DNA from: the human T2T-CHM13v2.0 reference genome, Homo sapiens
Assembly: GCF_009914755.1 (NCBI RefSeq)
Contig: NC_060926.1
Strand: one strand, 5' to 3'
Length of the DNA stretch: 64,000 nucleotides
The notes under the pieces are model-generated. The model worked only from the letters and a program-made list of their open reading frames with translations. It did not search any database and was not told the DNA's origin. The position numbers were made by a program, and so were the translations under genes. Positions 12,478-29,428 of this stretch are shown here, piece after piece (within the stretch, counting starts at the first letter, position 1; the number at the start of each line of letters is the position of its first letter).

Positions 12478-12886
12478 TTTGGTTTCATACGAATTTTAAA
12501 ATAGTTTTTTCCAGTTCTGTGCAGAATGTCAATGGTAGTTTAATGGTAATAGCATTGAATCTATAAATTGTTTTGGGCAGTATGGCCATTTTAATGATAT
12601 TGATTCTTCCTATCCATGAGCATAGGATGTTTTTCCATTTGTTTGTGTCATCACCAGTATCTTTGAGCAGTGCTTTGTAGTTCTCCTTGTAAAGGTCTTT
12701 CACTTCCCTTGTTAGCTGTTATTTCTAGGTATTTTATTCTTTTTGTGGCAATTGTGAATGGGAGTTTGTTCCTGATTTGGCTTTTGGCTTGCCTGTTGTT
12801 GATGTATAGGAATGTAGTGATTTTTGAACACTGATTTTGTATCCCAAAACTTTGCTAAAGTTGTTTATCAGCTTAAGAAGCTTTTG

Positions 12887-13193
12887 GGCCAGGCACAGTG
12901 GCTCATACGTGTAATATGAGCAATTTAGGAGGCCAAGATGGGTGGATCACTTGAGACCAGGAATTTAAGATCAGCCTGGCCAACATGGCAAAACACTGTC
13001 TCTACTAAAAATACAAAAAAAAAAAAAAATTAGCCGGGCATGGTGGCATACGCCTGTAATTCCAGCTACTCCGGAGGCTGAGGCATGAGCATCATTTGAA
13101 CTTGGGAGGTAAGGGTTGAAGTTAGCTGAGATCACGTCACTGCACTGCAGCCTGGGTGACAGAGCAAGACTCTGCCTCAAAAAAGAAAAAAAG
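12887..13193 (+). mobile_element. AluS-like SINE inserted in L1
   Basis: Dimeric Alu with A tail; TSD agaagcttttg on both sides. Confidence 0.92.
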
Positions 13194-16100
13194 AGAAGCT
13201 TTTGGGCTAAGACTATTCAGTTTTCTAGATATAGAATCATGTCATATGCAAACAGGCATAGTTCGATTTCCTCTCTTCCTATTAGAATGCCCTTTATTTC
13301 TTTCTCTTGCCTGATTGCTCTGGCCAGAATTTCTAATACTTTGTTGAATAGGAGTGGTGAGAGGGGGCATCCTTGTCTTGTGCCAGTTTTCAAGGAGAAT
13401 GCTTCCAGCTTTTGCCCATTCAGTATGACGTTGGCTGTGGGTTTGTCACATATGGCTCTTATTATTTTGAGGTGTGTTCCTTCAATACCTAGTTTATTGA
13501 GAGTTTTTAACATGAGGGATGTTGAATTTTGTTGAAAGACGTTTCTGCATCTATTGAGATAACTACATGGTTTTTGTCTTTAGTTATGTTTATGTGATGA
13601 ATCACACTTACTGATTTGTGTGTGTGGTGCCAACCTTGCACCCCAGGGATGAAGCCTACTTGATCGTGGTGAATACATTTTTTAACGTGCTGTTGGATTT
13701 AATTTGCAAGTATTTTGTTGAGGATTTTTTATCTATATTCTTCAAGGATATTGGCCTGAAGTTTTTCTTTTTTTGTTGTATCCCTACCAGGTTTTGGTAA
13801 CAGGGTGATGCTGGCCTCACAGAATGACTTAGGGATTTTTCTGAACAGTTTCAGTAGGAATGGTACCAGCTCTTCTTTGTATATATGGTAGAATTCAGCT
13901 ATGAACCCATCTGGTCCTGGCCTTTTTATGGCTGGTAGACTATTATTGCCTCAATTTCAGATCTCATTATTGGTCTATTGAGGGATTCAGTTTCTTCCTG
14001 GTTCAGTCTTGGGAGGGTGTATGCATCCAGGAATTTATCCATTTCTTCTAGATTTTCTAGTTTATGTGCACAGAGGTGTTTATAATATTCTCTGATGGTT
14101 GTGTGTATTTCTGTGGGGTCAGTGGTAATATCCCCCTTATGATTTTTTATTGTGATTATTGGAATCTTTTTTTTTCTTCTTTATTCATCTAACTAGTGGT
14201 CCATCTATTTTATTATTATTATTATGTTTTTTTTTTTTCAAAAAACCAGCTCCTGGATTTGTTGATCTTTAGAATGGTTTTTTGTGTCTCTATCTCCTTC
14301 AGTTAAACTCTGATTTTAGTTATTTCTTGTCTTCTGCTAGGTTTGGGATTTGTTTGCTCTTGGTTTTCTAGTTTTTTTCAGTTGTGACATTAGGTTGTTA
14401 ACTTGAGATCTTTCTAGCTTTTTGATGTGGGCATATCTTGCTATAAATTTCTTTCCCAATACTGCCTTAGCTGTGTCTCAAAGATTCTGGTACATTGTAT
14501 CTTTGCTCTTATTCGTTTCGAAGAACTTCTTCATTTCTGCCCTAATTTCATCATTTACCCCAAAGTCATTCAGGTGTAGGTTATTAAGTTCCCATGTAAT
14601 GGTATGGTTTTGAGTGAATTTCTTCATCTTGAATTCTTATTTGATTGTGCCATGGTCTGAGAGACTGTTTGTTATGATTTCAGTTCTTTTGCATTTGCTG
14701 AGGAGTGTTTTATTTCCGTTTATGTGATTGATTTTAGAGTAAGTGCTATGTGGTGAGAATAATATATATTTGGTTGTTTTGGGGTAGAGAGTTCTGTAGA
14801 TATTTATCGGGTCCATTCGATCCAGAGCTGAGCTCAGGTCCTGAATATCTTTTTTAATTTTCTTTCTCAATGATCTGTCTATTATTGTTAATGGGTGTTA
14901 AAGTCTCCCACTATTATTTCGTGGGAGTCTAAGTGTCTTTAAATGTCTCTAAGAACTTGCTTTATGAATCTGGTTGCTCCTGTATTGGATGCATATATAT
15001 TTAAGATAGTTAACTCTTCTTGTTGAATTGAACCTTTTACCATTATGTAATGCCCTTCTTTGTCTTTTCTGATCTTTGTTGGTTTAAGTCTGAAGAAAAC
15101 TAGTCTCTATTTTGAGCCTCTGTCCTGAGTTCTCACCTCAGTAATCTACTTCCACAGCAATTGTTCCCAGAGTGGCTTTCATCAAGCTACTTTATCTTTT
15201 TGAGCCCCAAGCCTTAGATTCTCATCTGTGAAATTAACATATTTCTTTTAAAAATATAATAAACTTTGGTTTTAAAATAGTTTTAGATTTACAGAAAAAT
15301 GTAGCAGAAAATACAGAATGCTCTTATATACTTCTCCCCTGTACTCACATTCTTCCATTAGTAACATCTTGCATTAGTGTGGTGCATTTGTGACAATTAA
15401 TAAAATAATATTAATATATATTATAAAGTGAAGTTCATAGTTTACATTAAGGTTCACTCACTACTGGTCTTTTTATTCTCTTTATAGTTTTGCCTTTTTC
15501 AGAGTGTCACGTAGTTGGAATAATACAGGAAGTAGCCTTTCAGACTGATTTCTTTCACTTAGCAATATTCATTTAAAGTTTCTTCATATCTTTTTGTGAC
15601 TTGATAACTCATTTCTCTTAATCACTGAATAAGATTCCATCGTAGGGATGTCCCACAGTTTGTTTATCCATTTATCTATTGAAGGACATCTCAATTGCTT
15701 CCAAGTTTGGGCAATTATGAATAAGGCTGCTAAAATACACATGTGTAGGTTTTATGTGGAAATAAGTTTTCAACTCAACTGGGTAAATACCTAGGAGCAG
15801 GTATATGGTAAGATTATGTTTACATTTATAAGAAACTGCCAAACTGCCTTCCTAAGTGGCTCTACCATTTTGCACTCCTCCCAGCAATGAATGGAAGCTC
15901 TTACTGCCACTCATTCTCTCCAACAATTGGTATTGTGAGTGCTTTAGATTTTGGGCATTCTAGTAGGTGTGTAGTAGCATCTCATTGCTGCTTTAATTTG
16001 CAATTCCTTAGTCACATATGATGTGGTGCATTTCTTATATGTTACTTTCCATCTGTGTATCTTCTTTGATGATGTATCTGTTCAGCTCTTTTATCTAGTT

Positions 16101-19100
16101 TCCAGTTGGGTTCTTTTCTTATTGTGAGTTTTAAGAGTTATTTTAATATTTTGGTAAAAGTCTTTATTTATATTTGATTTTAAGATACTTTCTCCCAGTC
16201 TATGACTTGTTGCTTTATTCTCTTAACAGTGTCTTTAGCAGAGCACAAGCTTTTAATTTAAATAAAGTCCAACTTATCAATTTTTTCTTCCATGAATCAT
16301 ACTTTTGGTGTTACATCTAAAAACTCATCATCAAAACCAAGATTACCTAGATATTTTCCTATGGTATCTTCAGTTATATGTTATATGTTGGTTTTATAGT
16401 TTTGTGTTTTATACTTAGGCCTATTATACATTTGAGTTGATTTTGTGGAAGGTAAAAGCCCTCTGTCTAGATTGTTTTTTGTTTGTTTGTTTGCATGTGA
16501 TGTCCAATTGTTCCTGTATCAAATTGAAAACACTATTTTTCCATTGACTTGACTTTGCTCCTTTGTGAAATATCAGTTAACTATATTTGTGCGGGTCAAA
16601 TTATAAGCTTTTCTATCCTGTTCCGTTGATCTATTTGTCTATTCTTTTGCCATTATCATACCATCTTGATTGCTGTAGGTTTATAATAAGTATTGAAGTT
16701 AAGTAGTGTCAGTCTTCCAGATTATTTTTCTCTTTCAATATTGTATTGGCTATAATGGATCTTCTGTCTTCCACATAAACTTTAAAATCAGTGTTTCAGT
16801 TTCTGCGAAATAACAATGGAATTTTATTTGGATTACACTGAATCTATAAATCTAGTTGGGAAGAGTTGACATCTTAACAATATTGTGTCTTCCTGTGCAT
16901 AAACAGGAAACAGCTCTCCGTTTATTTAAATCTTTGACTTCTTTATCAGAGTTTTGTCTTTTTCCTTATATTGCTTCTGTAAATATTTTGTCAGATTTTA
17001 CAGAGGGAGGGGGTTCATGGGATGGAGGAGGCTAATGAGAATGATACTGTGTTTTAATTTCCTATTCCAGTTGTTCATTCCTTGTACAGTATATGGAAAA
17101 GAATTGATTTTTGAAAATTGACCTTGTATCTTGCAACCTTTCTTTAATGGCTTAGTAGTTCCAGGAGTTTTTTGGCCCATTTGTTGGAATTTTCCACATA
17201 GACAATTGTGTCTCTCATCTGCGAAGGAGGTTTTATGTCTTCCTCCCCAATCTGTATACCTTTTCTTTTCTTATTGCTAGGACTTCTGGTATGAATTTGA
17301 ACAGGAGTAGTGAGAAGGGACATTCTTGTGTTGTTCCAGATCTTAGGGGGAAAGCATCTAGTTTCTTACAATTATGTTAAATACAGGTTTTTTGTAGATG
17401 GTCTTTATCAAGTTGAATAAACCCCTCTCTATTCCTAATTTGCTGAGAGGTTTTTTTTTTTTTTTTTTAATCATGACTGGGTGTTGAATTTTGTTAAGCA
17501 CCTTTCTTGCATCTATTGATATTATATGATTTTTCTTTCTTAGCCTGTGGATATGATGACTTACATTAATTGATTTTTAAATATTGAACCAGCCTTGTAT
17601 ACCTGAAATAATTCTATGTAGGCATAGTGTATAATTCTTTGTATATATCATTGGATTTGATTTGGTACTGTTTTGTTGAGTATTTTCACATCTATGCATA
17701 TGAGAGATATTGCTCTGGAGCTTTCCTTACTTGTAATGTCTGTATCTGGTTTGGGTATAAAGGTAATGCTGACTTCATAGCTGAGTTAGAAAGTATTCCC
17801 TCTGTTTCTGTTTCCTGGAAGAGATTATATAGAATGTGTATCATTTTTTCCTAGTTTAGAAGAGCTTACCTATGAAACCATCTGGGTGCTTTCTTTTTTG
17901 GAAGGTTATTGATTATTGACTTAGTATGTTTAGTAGATATTAGGCTATTGAGATTATCTATTTTTTCTGTGTGTTTTGGTAGTTTGCATCTTTTGAGGAA
18001 TTGGTCCATTTCATGTAAGTTACCAAATTTGTGGACATACAGTTGTGCATAATATTCTTTTATTATACTTTTAATCTATATGGGATCAATGGTAATTACG
18101 CCTCTTTCATCTTAACTTTAGTAACTTGCATCTTCTTTTTATCGTGGCCACCCTGGCAAGAAATCTATTAACTTTACTGATCTTTTAAAACAACCAGCTT
18201 TTGGTTTGGTTGGTTTTCTCTATTGATTTCCTGTTTTCAACTTCATTGATTTCTGTTCTAATTGTTATTATTTTTTTCTTCTGCTGCTTTAAGTTTATAT
18301 TGTTCTTCTTTCTCTGGTTTCCTAAAGTGGAAGCTTAGATTTATATCTTTATTCTTTTCTAAAATATTCAGTCACGTGCTATAAATTTCCCTTTAAGCAG
18401 TACGTCCACTGCATTCCACACATTTTGATAAGTTGTGTTTTCATTTTCATTTAGTTCAATGTTTTAAAATTTATTTTGAGACTTCTTCTGATTCATTTGT
18501 TATTTAGAAATGTATTGTTTAATTTCAAAATATCGTGGGAGTTTCCAGCTATCTTTCTGTTGTTGATTTTTGTTTAATTTCATTGTGTTTTGAGAACATA
18601 CTTTGTATGATTTCTATTCTTTAAGTTGTTAAGATGTGTTTTATGGCCCAGAATGTGGTCTATTTTGGGGAATGTTCCATGTGAGCATGAGAAGAATGTG
18701 TATTCTGCCGTTGTTGGATTAAGTCTATAAATGTTCATTATATCCAGTTGACTTATAGTATTGTTGAGTTCAATTATGTCCTTACTGATTTTCTACCTAG
18801 TGGATCTATTATTTACTGATAGAACGGTATTGAAATCTTCAGCTGTGACATTAGATCTGTCTATTGATCCTTGCTATTCTGTCAGTTTTTGGTCTCAAAA
18901 CTGTTTTTGTTCTCTTGTTAGATGCATCTACATTAAGGATTGTTATGTCTTCTTGGAGAATTGCCACTTTTATAATTATATTTCTCTTGATCCCTGAATA
19001 TCTTATTTGTTTTAAAGTCTGCTTTGCCTGAAATGTAGTGACTCCCACTTTTTTTTTTGACTGGTGTTAGCATGATATATCTTTCTTCATTCCTTTACTT

Positions 19101-19229
19101 TGAATCTGTCTATTTTACATGAGTTTCTTGTAGACAATATATAGTTGAGTCTATTTATCTATCTACTTTGACAGTCTGTCCCTTGGTATATTTAGACCAT
19201 TCATATTTAAGAGGATTATTGATATATAC

Positions 19230-19696
19230 TATGGACCCCATACATGACAATGGTTCCATATAATTGTAATGGGGCTGCCATATACAGATGTACAACTTTT
19301 TTATCTTTTATATCATATTTTTACTGTACTTTTTCTATATTTAAGTATTTTTTAAAATTTTATTTTATTTTAAGTTCTGGGATACATGTGCAGGAAGTGC
19401 AGTTTTGTTACACAGGTAAATATGTGCTGCTACAGTGATTTGCTGCACCTATCAACCCACCAACTAGGTATTAAGCCCCACATGCATTGTGTTAAAATAG
19501 CCTACATTATTCAGCATAATAACACACTGTGCAGGTTTGTAGCTTAGGAGCAATAGGCTATACCATACAGCCTATGTGTTTAGTAGGCCATAGCAACTAA
19601 GTTTATGTAAATACACTCTATGAAGTTTGTACAAAATAAAATTACCTAATGATGCATTTCTCAACATGTCTTCCCATCACGTGACAAATAATTGTA
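19230..19696 (+). mobile_element. Tigger3 (MER7-type) non-autonomous DNA transposon
   Basis: gcaataggctataccatacagcctatgtgtttagtagg...tacactctatga...cctaatgatgcatttctca matches the Tigger3a/b pattern. Confidence 0.7.
19349..19488 (-). mobile_element. Short L1PA 3'-end fragment inside Tigger3
   Basis: ttttattttaagttctgggatacatgtgcagg...tttgctgcacctatcaaccc...taggtattaagccccacatgcatt. Confidence 0.8.
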
Positions 19697-19702
19697 CTTG
19701 GA

Positions 19703-20039
19703 TGATATGGTATGGCTGTGTTCCCATCAAATATCAACTTGAATTATGTCTCTCAGAATTCTCATGTGTTGTGGGAGTGACCCAGGGGGAGGTAATTGAA
19801 TCTCATGCTATTTTCATGATAGTGAATAAGTCTCATGAGACCTTATGTGTTTATCAGGGGTTTCTGCTTTTGCTTCCTCTTCGTTTTTCTCTTGCTGCCG
19901 CCATGTAAGAAGTGCCTTTCACCTCCTGCCATTATTCTGAGGCCTTCCCAGCCATGTGGAACTATGAGTCCAATTAAACCTGTTTTTGTTCCCAGTTTCA
20001 GCTATGTCTTTATCAGCAGTGTGAAAATGAACTAATACA
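19703..20039 (+). mobile_element. THE1-type MaLR solo LTR
   Basis: tgatatggtatggctgtg...ccatgtaagaagtgcctttc...aattaaacc...gaactaataca with TG...CA termini. Confidence 0.85.
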
Positions 20040-21859
20040 TTCAATTAATATCTACCACATTTGTAACTTTTATCTGTTTGTTACACTTGTTCATTTCTTT
20101 TTAAAATATGCCTTTCTTTTTCTGTCTTTTTTGTTTTTAATTGAACATTTTATATAATTTCAACCTCTCTCTTTTTTTGTGTATCAATTACACTTCTTTT
20201 TTAAAAAATGTTAGTGGCTACCCTAGAGTTTGTCAAATAATTTACAACTAATCTAAGTCCACTTTCAAGTAACACTGTATGACTTCACAGTTATTATAGG
20301 TACCTTATAACAGAGGATTCCCAATTCCCTCCTCTCATTCACCATAACATCACTGTAATTTGTTTCCTTTATCTATAAGCTGTAATCCCCCAACACATTG
20401 TTGCTATTATTAGTTTGAACAAAAAAGTATCTACTAGAGTGATAATAATAAGATTTTATTTCACTTTCATTTATTTATTCTCTGATAATATGCTTTCCTT
20501 TCTGCAGATATGAATTTCTGCTCCAGACTGTTTTAGTTCTCCCTGAATAATTCAAGTATTTCTTGCAAGATGAGTCTACTGCTGACAACTTTTTTCAGTT
20601 TTTATCAGAAAAAGTCTTTATTTCTCATTCACCTTTGAAGGATGATTTCACTAGACAGAATTCTAGGCTGGTTTTTGTAGTTGTTGTTGTTGTTGTTTTG
20701 TTTTTGCTTTTAACACTAAACATTTCACTCCATTCTGTTTTTGTTTGCATGACTTGGTGAAAAGTCTAATATAATTTTTACCATTCCTCTATAGATAGGA
20801 TTTTAAACTTTTTTCTGGCTGTTCTTAAGACTTTCTATATGTCTTTGGATTTCTGCAGTTTAAATATAATATGCCTAGGTATAGAATTTTGGTATTTATC
20901 TTGCTAGGTGTTCTCTGATTTTCTGGATCTGTGGTTTGGTCTCTGTCAAAAATTTTGGAAAATTCTCAGCTATTATTTTTTTCTCATTCTTTACCCCTTT
21001 TGTCTCCTTCTGAAATTCCCACTAGGCTTATGTTACGCTTTTTGTAATCGTCTCACATTCTTGGATATTCTGTTCTTTTTTAAATTCTTTTTTTCTCTTT
21101 GCATTTTAGTTTGCAAAGTTATTATGGACAAATCTTCATGTTTGCTGAGTCTTTTCCTTAGGTCATATATAGTCTACTGATAAGCTCAGGAGAGGCATTC
21201 TTCATTTCTGTTGCAGTGTTTTTGATTTCTAGATTTCCCTTGATTCTTTCTTTGAGTTTCCATCTCTGTTTATCTCACCTATCTGCTTTTGCATGCTGTC
21301 CACTTTTTCCACTAGAACTCCTAATGTATTAGTCGTAAATATTTTAAATTTTTTATCTAAACATTCCAAAATCTGTGTCACATGTGAGCCTAGTTTCAAT
21401 ATTAACTTTTTTTCTTTAGGTTGTATTTCTTCTTGTAGTTTGGCATGTCTTGTGATTTTTTTTGTTGAAAGCAGGACATGATGTATCTGACAATAGGCAT
21501 CAAAGCAACAGGCTTTCAGTATGAGTTTTTATGCAATCTAGCTACCAACTGGGCTGTGTTTAATGTTTTCTGTAGCTATAGGTTCCCAGAGGGTTTGGTT
21601 TCCTCTAGTTTTTAGTTTTTTCCTCCTCTTACCTATTATACCTTGGGTTTCCCTAAGAACTACTTTTTTTTTTAATTATTATACTTTAAGTTCTAGGGTA
21701 CATGTGCACAATGTGCAGGTTTGTTACATATGTATACATGTGCCATGTTGGTTTGCTGCACCCATTAACTGGTCATTTACATTAGGTATTTCCCCTAATT
21801 CTATCCCTCCCCCATTCCTCCACCCCATGACAGGCCCCAATGTGTGATGTTCCGCGCTC

Positions 21860-25688
<3,829 letters not shown>

Positions 25689-25751
25689 TATGATGTTAGC
25701 TGGTTATTTTGTCCGTTAGTTGGTGCAGTATCTTCCTAGCATCTACAGTCT

Positions 25752-26777
25752 TTACAATTTGGCATGTTTTTTCAGTGGCTGGTACCAGTTGTTCCTTTCC
25801 AAGTTTAGTGCTTCCTTCAGGAGCTCTTGTAAGGCAGGCTTGGTGGTGACAAAATCTCTCAGCATTTGCTTGTCTGTAAAGGATTTTATTTCTCCTTCAC
25901 TTATGAAGCTTAATTTGGCTGGATATGAAATTCTGGATTGAAAATTCTTTTCTTTAAGAATGTTGAATATTGGCCCCCACTTTCTTCTGGCTTGTAGAGT
26001 TTCTGCCAAGAGATCAGCTGTTAGTCTGATGGGCTTCCCTTTGTTGGTAACCCGACCTTTCTCTCTGGCTGCCCTTAGCATTTTTTCCTTCATTTCAACC
26101 TTGGTGAATCTGACAATTATGTGTCTTGGGGTGGCTCTTCTTGAGGAGTATCTTTGTGGTGTTCTCTGTATTTCCTGAATTTGAATGTTGGCCTGCTTTG
26201 CTAGGTTGGGGAAGTTCTCCTGGTTAATATTCTGAAGAGTGTTTTCCAGCTTGGTTCCATTCTCCCTGTCACTTTCAGGTACACCAGTCAAATGTAGATT
26301 TGGTCTTTTCACATAGACCCATATTTCTTGGTGGCTTTGTTCATTTCTTTTTACTCTTTTTTCTCTAAACTTCTCTTCTCACTTTATTTCGTTAATTTGA
26401 TCTTCAATCACTGATACCCTTTCTTCCACTTGATTGAATTGGCTACTGAAGCTTGTGCGTGCATCACGTAGTTCTCGTGCCATGGTTTTCAGCTCCATCA
26501 GGTCATTTAAGGTCCTCTCTACACTGTTTATTCTAGTTAGCTGTTCGTCTAATCTTTTTTCCAGGTTTTTAGATTCCTTGTGATGGATTCAAACATCCTC
26601 CTCTAGCTTGGAGAATTTTGTTATTACCAACTTTCTGAAGCCTACTTCTGTCAACTTGTCAACATCATTCTCTGTCCTGCTTTGTTCCATTGCTGGTGAG
26701 GAGCTGTAATCCTTTGGAGGAGAAGGGGCACTCTGGTTTTTAGAATTTTCAGGTTTTCTGCTCTGGTTTCTCCCCAT
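25752..26777 (-). pseudogene. L1 ORF1p (disrupted)
   Basis: MGRNQSRKPENSKNQS...; KRPNLHLTGVPE...YPAKLSF... Confidence 0.9.
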
Positions 26778-29301
26778 CTTGTGGTTTTATCTACCTTTGG
26801 TCTTTGATGATGGTGACCTACAGATGGGGTTGTGGTGTGGATGTCCTTTTTGTTGATGTTGATGCTATTCCTTTCTGTTTGTTAGTTTTCTTTCTAACAG
26901 TCAGGTCCCTCAACTGCAGGTCTGTTGGAGTTTGCTGGAGGTGCAGTCCAGACCCTATTTGCCTGAGTGTCACCAGCGGAGGCTTTAGAACAGCAAATAT
27001 TGCTGCCTGATCCTTCCTCTGGAAGCTTTGTCTCAGAGGAGCACCTGGCTGTATAAGATGTCAGTCAGCCTTTACTGGGAAGTGTCTCCAAGTTAGGCTA
27101 CACGGGGGTCAGGGACACACTTGAGGGGCAGTCTGTCCATTCTCAGCACTCAAACACCATACTGGGAGAACCACTGCTCTCTTTATAGCTGTCAGACAGG
27201 GATGTTTAAGTCTGCAGAAGTTTCTGCTGCCTTTTATTCAGCTATGCCCTGCCCCCAGAGGTGGAGTCCACAGAGGCAGGTGGGCCTCATTGAGCTGCGG
27301 TGTACTCCACCCAGTTCGAGCTTCCTGGCCACTTTTGTTTACCTACTCAAGCCTCAGCAATGGCAGACGCCCCTTCCCCAGCCAGGCTTGCTATCTCACA
27401 GTTCGATCTCGGATTAGCAGTGAGCAAGGCTCCGTGGGTGTGGAACCCACTGAACCAGGAGCGGGATATAATCTCCTGGTGTGCCATTTGCTAAGACTGT
27501 TGGAAAAGTGCAGTATTTAGGTGGCAGGGTCCTGATTTTCCCGGTACAGTCTGTCAAGGCTTCCCTTGGCTAGGGAAGGGAAATCCCCAACCCCTTGCAC
27601 TTCCCAGGTGAGGTGATGCCAAACCCTGCTTTGACTCACCCTCCGTGGGCTGCACCCACTTTCTGACCAGTCCCAATGAGATGAACCAGGTACCTCAATT
27701 GGAAATGCAGAAATCATCTGCTTTCTGCATTGGTCACGCTGGGAGCTGCAGACCGGAACTGTTCCTATTTGGCCATCTTGGAACAGTCCCGAAGAACTCC
27801 TTCTTAAATAGAGCCTATGTCTTACAGCATTCTCAGTTGTAAACTACTGTTATTATACCAGTGTCCCAGTGATATAATTGCAAGTTGTTGGAGAGGGGAA
27901 ACATCCTATAGTTTTTTGTTTAAATCTCAATTATCTTAGTGATCTTGAGTTCCTGAGCTGTGATATTCATAAGCATTTTTTCGCTTTATTTTTTTTCTGC
28001 AGTTATGTGAGACAGAAAGGCTATAGTGGGCTGGAGTTGTCTAATTGCCCTTATGCAGGTCAGATAAGGCTCTAGTAAAATAATCCCTGGAAGGGCAGGC
28101 CTGTGTTATGAAGAATGCTCTGGGCATATTTCAAACAGTTACTTGCCCTCTCTTTCTGCTGGAAGTATGAGGGAAAATTTTCCCCATCTTCATTATGAGA
28201 ACCTCCTGAAGCTCTTAAAAGTAAAACTCACAAAAGTGGATCCTCTCCCCACACCCAAACTCCTCACCCCCACCCCAAGGCTGGGCCTCCAGGAGTGTGT
28301 AACTCTCAGGCTAGTCTATACTCAGCCTTCAGCAATTGGTCACATTATTAAAGTGTCCCTCCTAGCTACTGGCTCCAGTGCCTTCTGCTCTCAGTAACTT
28401 CATCTGGGCTGTGATTCTCTGTATTCTCCTCTTCCCAGTTATGATCCATCCTCTTCAAGGATTCTGTGATTTCACAATCTTCCAATACCACCTAAAATAA
28501 CTGGATTCTGTTGCCCTTTGCACTTCCCAGGTTTGCCCTGTGACCTCAATTTTCTGGTGGATCTAAGAAAAGTAATTAATACTTTAGCGCGTTTAGCTTT
28601 TTTCTGGCTCTGAAACATTGGTCTGATGACTTTCGAGCTTTTTCTATTTCAGAGTTGAACACATTTCTAAATTCATAAAATTTTTGGAAAACTAGAGGCC
28701 ATAATGCATGTAAAATACCTGGCACGGTGCTCATCAAATAGCAAGTAATAATAATTATAATAGCCAATCACTTTCAGAAGAAATTTACATGTATTAATTC
28801 TCACAAAAAAACTATAATGTAGGTACAAATTATTATTCCCATTTTACATATGTGGAAACTGAGGTACAGAGAGCTGTTATGCCTAATAGAGGATTCTAAC
28901 TGGAGAGTCAGATTTCAGGGCACAGGCTGTCATAATGAATCACCCCAATCCCATCCCACCAATACCAGAACCTGCCTTCTCCTGACCAGTTCTCCCAGGG
29001 ACTGGAATCCTGCCTCTGCACCCATCTCATGGCTGAAGTCCTGCTGCTACAGCCAGATCTCCCTGGCTCTGTGTATCCCTTCAGTGATACACTGGCTCTG
29101 GGGCCGTTCAATTGTTTTGAGTCACAAGTCTTTCTAGATCCATCCACCAGGAACATCTGTTCCTTGGTCTGCCTCACACTCTTGACTGATTCTCTGTAGT
29201 TCCCATTCTAACTTCACTCAGATTATAGACAGAAAATTTGAAAAAAGATATTTAAAGGATGAGGACTAACAAAAAATGAATCTTAATAGAAATGCACTTG
29301 T

Positions 29302-29408
29302 GCTGACTCTGTTTTCGGACTCAGCCCGCCTGCACCCAGGTGAAATAAACAGCCATGTTGCTCACACAAAGCCTGTTTGGTGGTCTCTTCACATGGACAC
29401 GCATGAAA
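29302..29408 (+). repeat. LTR7 R-U5 only (5' end)
   Basis: gctgactct...aataaacagccatgttgctcac (R, 64 nt) then acaaagcctgtttggtggtctcttcac...gcatgaaa (U5). Confidence 0.93.
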
Positions 29409-29410
29409 TT

Positions 29411-29428
29411 TGGTGCCGTGACTCGGAT
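29411..29428 (+). promoter_or_regulatory. Primer binding site, tRNA-His
   Basis: TGGTGCCGTGACTCGGAT, the 18-nt complement of the tRNA-His 3' end. Confidence 0.95.

Larger units (their letters stand above)
4313..15092 (-). mobile_element. 5'-truncated L1 (older L1PA/L1PB-type), interrupted by HERV-S (5843-12477) and an Alu (12887-13193)
   Basis: L1 3'UTR/poly-T at 4313; ORF2 fragments (5622-5842, 12485-12703, 13217-13513, 14637-14870); TSD aagaaaactagtttc (4298-4312) / aagaaaactagtctc (15093-15107). Confidence 0.9.

Noticed and set aside
29302-29408. Explanation of the short 5' LTR7 as a random deletion of a normal provirus
   Set aside because: Does not account for the matching loss of 3' U5, the poly(A) tail at the cleavage site or the 14-bp TSD.
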